A DNA stretch of 64,000 nt, from contig NC_088854.1 of assembly GCF_963853765.1 (NCBI RefSeq), forward strand, positions 23,932,001 through 23,996,000, written 5' to 3'. The translations under genes were made by a program, and so were the position numbers. The notes beneath the pieces are model-generated. The model saw only the letters and a program-made list of their open reading frames with translations. It did not search any database and was not told where the DNA came from. This document shows positions 59,291-64,000 of the stretch, piece after piece. Source of the stretch: Magallana gigas. Its lineage: Eukaryota. The stretch's first letter is position 1. Each line of letters opens with the position of its first letter.

Positions 59291-60982
59291 CTACGTTTTA
59301 GGAAGACACATATTTTTGACAGCTTTCCGATCAGACTTGCCCGTAGATGTTCTTGGTAGATCATTAAGAAACACAATATGCCTGGGTACGTAGACATTTT
59401 CCGTAAACTTTGCATCTTCTGTGATGTTCAGTTCTCGTTTGATAAACTCACGCAGGGATTCTTCGGTCAACGTCGATCCGTCCACTCTGACAACTGCAGC
59501 ACATGGAACATCATCCGCGTGACTTTGGTCCTTGATGGCGAAGACCACCACCTCCATAACATCCGGGTGCCTTTTTACGTATGCCTCAATGAAAGACGGT
59601 GTAATTTTGTTTCCTGAAATTTGCATCACATCAGACACTCTACCCAATACCTCCAGATGTCCCGCTGAATTGATTTTACAGAAGTCGTCTGCTTTATACC
59701 AACCAGAAGAGTCTAGGACTATCGCTGTTTTCTCAGGGTCATTTAGATATCCCTTAAATTGAGGGGACGAGCGTATGTAAAGCTCACCTTTCGAACCTCG
59801 AGGAACAACGAAGCCATCCTTTCCAACCACCTTTAATTCCATACCTGCTAGAGGTAACATGCCCATAATTTCATCCCCCCGCGGTTCAGATGAACGATAA
59901 ATCTTTCCTGCAATCATACCAGCTTCTGTGCTACCATAAAGGGCTGAAAAGGCATCATATACCTTACCTTTGCCCTCGAAACAAATTGGCGGAATAGGTT
60001 GGCCTGATACAATAACTGATTGAAATTTCCAAAGAAAGTCTTCTGATCCCGTCATTTCTAGGTAGAAAGGAACTACAAAAAATCCACAGTCAGGTTTTTC
60101 CTTATGAATGATGGTCTTGGTGAATTGTACAATCTCTGAATATGATGACAACGCCAGCGTGGTTTTCTGAGTAACTCTTGTTCCGCCAACTACCATTACA
60201 AATCCTGGGTACCCGCCTTGCCAGAAGAAGGGTCGATCATTGTAATAGATGGTACCACTGTCTTTCTTTATATCCACATCTAAAAGAAAGGCATAATCTT
60301 CACCATATTTGACAAATTCGTAATGGGTTTTTTCGACCACTTTCGGAAATCCCGTACTTCCAGAGGTTTGAAGCACAGCTGCTTTATCTTCAGGGTCAAT
60401 TTCAGGCAGTTCAGTGTTGTCATCGCAAAAAATACTGGCTATTGTTGGAAATCCTTCATGTGATCCTATCGGAGAAAGTGCTATAAGCCATTTCAAAGCA
60501 GGGATATCAGATTGCAATACACCTCCAGTGTTTTGATCAACTTGAGCTATTCGTTGCATTACTTCCCAATGAGAATCTCCGAGTCCCGGATCAAAGAGGA
60601 TTGCCTTGCATCCGCCGACTTTGGTCAGGGTTCTTTTGATACCATCTCCACTTTTGTCGTGGAACGGAAAGTATACCGGGCAAGCCTTGGCAAATAGAAC
60701 CCCATAGGTACCGACCATCCATTCAGGCGTGTTGTTTCCTCCGATTCCGACAAAATCCCCTTCCTTTACACCTATACGAATAAGTCCCTTTGCCAACTTG
60801 ACGGCATTGTTGTAGAATTTACCGTAAGTTATCGAGGTTCTGGTCCCGTCGTGGCTGTAACAAACAATGGCTTCTCTATCTGGTTGAATGGTTCCCCATT
60901 TCTCCAAAAGTTTAGTAAGCGTAGTATACGGTGCAGCGGAGATCCTTTCGGACCGTAGATAACTGCCTATGTCCATATCCAT
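59291..60982 (-). CDS. AMP-binding acyl-CoA synthetase-like enzyme, copy 2
   Basis: Same motifs; 7 amino-acid differences from copy 1 in the provided translations. Confidence 0.92.
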   Translation of the reverse strand: MDMDIGSYLRSERISAAPYTTLTKLLEKWGTIQPDREAIVCYSHDGTRTSITYGKFYNNAVKLAKGLIRIGVKEGDFVGIGGNNTPEWMVGTYGVLFAKACPVYFPFHDKSGDGIKRTLTKVGGCKAILFDPGLGDSHWEVMQRIAQVDQNTGGVLQSDIPALKWLIALSPIGSHEGFPTIASIFCDDNTELPEIDPEDKAAVLQTSGSTGFPKVVEKTHYEFVKYGEDYAFLLDVDIKKDSGTIYYNDRPFFWQGGYPGFVMVVGGTRVTQKTTLALSSYSEIVQFTKTIIHKEKPDCGFFVVPFYLEMTGSEDFLWKFQSVIVSGQPIPPICFEGKGKVYDAFSALYGSTEAGMIAGKIYRSSEPRGDEIMGMLPLAGMELKVVGKDGFVVPRGSKGELYIRSSPQFKGYLNDPEKTAIVLDSSGWYKADDFCKINSAGHLEVLGRVSDVMQISGNKITPSFIEAYVKRHPDVMEVVVFAIKDQSHADDVPCAAVVRVDGSTLTEESLREFIKRELNITEDAKFTENVYVPRHIVFLNDLPRTSTGKSDRKAVKNMCLPKT

Positions 60983-61956
60983 CTGCTCTGCAAAATTCAC
61001 CAAATAGTATTTAGGTTTTTAAAACAGGTCAAGACTATAGCCAGTTCGAGTAATGACTGTTTTTTAGAGCAGTGTCGCTTAAAATTGTGTCATTTCAGCG
61101 TGCACTGATTAGCATGCGTTAGTTCAAGCATGAAGGCAAAATGAAACACACAATTAGATGATATATGTATCTATGTAATTACATTACGAACGTTTTGCAT
61201 TTAGCTCCGCCCATTCTCAACCTAGAAAATGGACAAGTTTGTGTTTATCTGTATTCACTGACTATAACCCAAGACCAAAGTAGTTTACGTGATAGCAAAG
61301 TTTACATGATATATAAATATTCTTACCTCCTGCTAGATTGTAAGAAAATCACTGGCTTACAGCAGTCATGTGCAGACAATGTATAATCCATACATAGTAA
61401 AAAAATATTGGCCCCTTTGCTTTCTCCGATTAAAACTTGTAATATTATTTCCATTGTTATATTTACTTTTTATCATTAAAAAAAGGCAGTTGGTAAGATA
61501 TAATCGCTACACGACTGTAGTTGACCTAATATGGTTTATACATGGTCAGTAAATTTACTGACCATGTATATGTATAAACCATATTAGGTCAACTACAAAC
61601 CATGTACATGTATCTCCAAGTGCCTATCAAGGTTACAATCAAGAGGCCCTTGGACCTTAATGGTCACCTGATCCGTAATACCGAAATATTAGTTTAAAAA
61701 GGGGGCATCTCATGGGAGAAAGCGGTTTAAGTTTTGAAACTTGTGCCCAATCCCAATTGTATTCATGTGCAATAAAAATATTTTCAAATCAAATTAATTA
61801 TTTTGAAAATTTTAAGCTAACATTTTTAAGAATTATGCTTAATGTTATTACACCAGCTACTGGGCATACTGTTGCTATCCCAACACTTTTGTCTAGAAAT
61901 CAACAATATAACAAAGTTGCAAGCACCCCAGTTCAAATTATTTTATAAACTACATT

Positions 61957-62323
61957 GTTATACTTTCATGTTGAATACTGAAATCTGATTGGTTAAGACG
62001 CAGTTAATAATATTTACTATTACCCTCAGCGTTAGCAACGCACTTGGCAACGGGTAACATTAAAACATGTTACATGCGCGAAAATTATGCGCGTACGGTT
62101 CGCTGTAGAATTCACGTTATTCCTATATAAAAGCAGTAAAATTTTCTTAAAATTTTTATAAAAGACATTCAGTATAACAAAATAAATAGTGCCTGTTTGG
62201 GAGGATAACAGTTGAAATTGACACCCCTCGAAAACCATTGTCAACCTCCGCTTCGCGTCGGTTGACAATGGTTTTCTCGGGGTGTCAATTTCAACTGTTA
62301 CCCTCCCAAACAGGCACTATTTA
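61957..62323. mobile_element. HP-1 hairpin-ended element copy
   Basis: Duplicate of 57706-58072. Confidence 0.85.
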
Positions 62324-63003
62324 TATAATATGACATGTTTAATATCCAAAATTGTGCGCTCCTAACAATTTGAACACTTTTTCCATTACTTTCAGCCACA
62401 TGAATCTGGTCTTTAGAAATAAAATAGTAATTTTAAATACATTACATTGTCAGAATTTTGTGAGAGGGGAAGAAGTATTGTTACATTTTAAACATCTTAC
62501 CGTTAATGTGTCGCTCTTTAGCAATAAAACACTACAAAGGACTAACGACGCGTTTAGACCGAGTGAAGGCCGGTCATCTACCCATGAATCCGGACAGAGG
62601 AGTAACAACCGGAAAATGGAAACTGACAAATTGGTTTAAAAAAAAATACCAGGGTCCTTGACAATAAATACATGACTGTGCATGTGTTTATTTACATGAC
62701 ATATCAGTATACACAAACATCGTGATGAGAAAAATACAATGCATTGTAAATTAATTTAATAAAAAAACAACAACAGTCGGTTGTTTTTCTTATGATTTTT
62801 GACGTGTTCTTGTGTAAATTTTCCGGTGTACAAGTATGTGTATGTGTCTGTGGTTAAGCACTGAATATTCTCATTCTCACTTGATTGAATAAGATATGAG
62901 CCAACTTTGTCTTTGCACTGTTTAGTTTGTTTGAAAGTAAAGCAAGATAAGTGAAAATAAATATGTTTATAATGACAGCTTGTGCAGCCACACGTTCAGT
63001 CCA

Positions 63004-63007
<4 letters not shown>

Positions 63008-63075
<68 letters not shown>

Positions 63076-63080
63076 ATATA
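63008..63080. repeat. (TA)n / (TAGATA)n microsatellite at a duplication-unit junction
   Basis: Direct reading; occupies the position equivalent to the N gap at 58734-58891. Confidence 0.9.
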
Positions 63081-63500
63081 GATATATTCCTGTTTGTAAA
63101 GAATATTGAACAAACAACAACAATTGTTTAGCAATATATTTATCCATTATGCAGTGTATATAAACATATTCACAATTAATGACACCATAACGTAAAATAA
63201 GGCTTTCACTATACTGTAATTCCCAACAAATGTATAATTCAAACATGACAAACAGATCAGCACAAAGAGAAATTCAACAACAAAAAACAATATCGTGCTG
63301 AAAAGCCCATTTGACGTCAACATGAAACAGTTCATTGAGATTTGAGTAACTTGTTGTAGTAAGCCAAAACTAAACCGCATTCCCCACAGCGGCGGATGAT
63401 TCTAACCAAATTTATACAATCTGTTTGCATTTTATTTCGTGATTCCGTTATTTCTGATCCTTGTCATATTTGTCGGATAAAGATACCATTCGCAGATGGC

Positions 63501-64000
63501 CTACGTTTTAGGAAGACACATATTTTTGACAGCTTTCCGATCAGACTTGCCCGTAGATGTTCTTGGTAGATCATTAAGAAACACAATATGCCTGGGTACG
63601 TAGACATTTTCCGTAAACTTTGCATCTTCTGTGATGTTCAGCTCTCGTTTGATAAACTCACGCAGGGATTCTTCGGTTAAGGTCGATCCGTCCACTCTGA
63701 CAACTGCAGCACATGGAACATCATCCGCGTGACTTTGGTCTTTGATTGCGAAGACCACCACCTCCATAACATCCGGGTGCCTTTTTACGTATGCCTCAAT
63801 GAAAGAAGGAGTAATTTTGTTTCCTGAAATTTGCATCACATCAGACACTCTACCCAATACCTCCAGATGTCCCGCTGAATTGATTTTACAGAAGTCGTCT
63901 GCTTTATACCAACCAGAAGAGTCTAGGACTATCGCTGTTTTCTCAGGGTCATTTAGATATCCCTTAAATTGAGGGGACGAGCGTATGTAAAGCTCACCTT
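63501..64000 (-). CDS. AMP-binding acyl-CoA synthetase-like enzyme, copy 3 (3' part; runs off the window)
   Basis: C-terminal sequence matches copies 1 and 2 (GRVSDVMQISGNK..PRTSTGKSDRKAVKNMCLPKT*). Confidence 0.9.
   Translation of the reverse strand, partial: GELYIRSSPQFKGYLNDPEKTAIVLDSSGWYKADDFCKINSAGHLEVLGRVSDVMQISGNKITPSFIEAYVKRHPDVMEVVVFAIKDQSHADDVPCAAVVRVDGSTLTEESLREFIKRELNITEDAKFTENVYVPRHIVFLNDLPRTSTGKSDRKAVKNMCLPKT

Larger units (their letters stand above)
54677..64000. repeat. Tandem segmental duplication, ~4.2 kb unit, 2 complete copies plus a partial third
   Basis: CDS ends at 55040, 59291, 63501 (spacing 4251, 4210); flanking non-coding DNA, including HP-1, is co-duplicated; junctions coincide with the N gaps and with (TA)n at 63008-63080. 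Confidence 0.9.

Noticed and set aside
55040-61003. Synthetase genes as bacterial contamination or an NRPS module
   Set aside because: They are flanked by the same eukaryotic repeats as the rest of the window, and there are no carrier-protein or condensation domains. Ancient horizontal origin remains open and is listed as a test.
17232-62268. Recurring ORF 'MS(N/T)DAKR..GCQFQ' (17232-17465, 57781-58017, 62032-62268) that also appears on the opposite strand
   Set aside because: Produced by the HP-1 hairpin being read on either arm; non-ATG starts and no domain motifs.
55127-63972. Plus-strand ORFs repeated in each duplication unit (e.g. MPGYVDIF.., MMAKTTTS.., MGESGLSF.., MCAPNNLN..)
   Set aside because: Antisense or intergenic ORFs that recur only because the unit is duplicated.

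Overview
AT-rich animal genomic DNA, most likely a bivalve and probably an oyster (inferred from repeat types and gene families, not searched). Genes, left to right: (1) a decayed multi-MYND zinc-finger gene; (2) a + strand tandem array of three single-coding-exon Toll-like receptors (one pseudogene, two intact); (3) an intronless RING/B-box/coiled-coil/NHL TRIM gene on the - strand; (4) two intact 8-exon pirin paralogues, the second with a duplicated last exon, plus exon relics of a third; (5) at least three near-identical ~4.2 kb tandem units, each carrying an intronless AMP-binding (acyl-CoA synthetase-like) gene. Intergenic DNA is dense in transposons: a 6.1 kb Ginger1-type element (TGT..ACA ends, CCGG TSD), Helentron/HINE-like elements with internal tandem repeats, Kolobok-like TTAA MITEs, TA-TSD MITEs, an 85-bp palindromic element with a 9-bp TSD, and a defective Crypton-type tyrosine-recombinase element. 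That element inserted without a TSD into a smaller element of similar build (short inverted repeats plus one long terminal hairpin). Coordinates were counted by hand: splice sites and TSDs were checked base by base, while repeat boundaries may be off by a few bases. Two N gaps (54548-54676, 58734-58891) limit interpretation of the right-hand duplication. No database searches were run.
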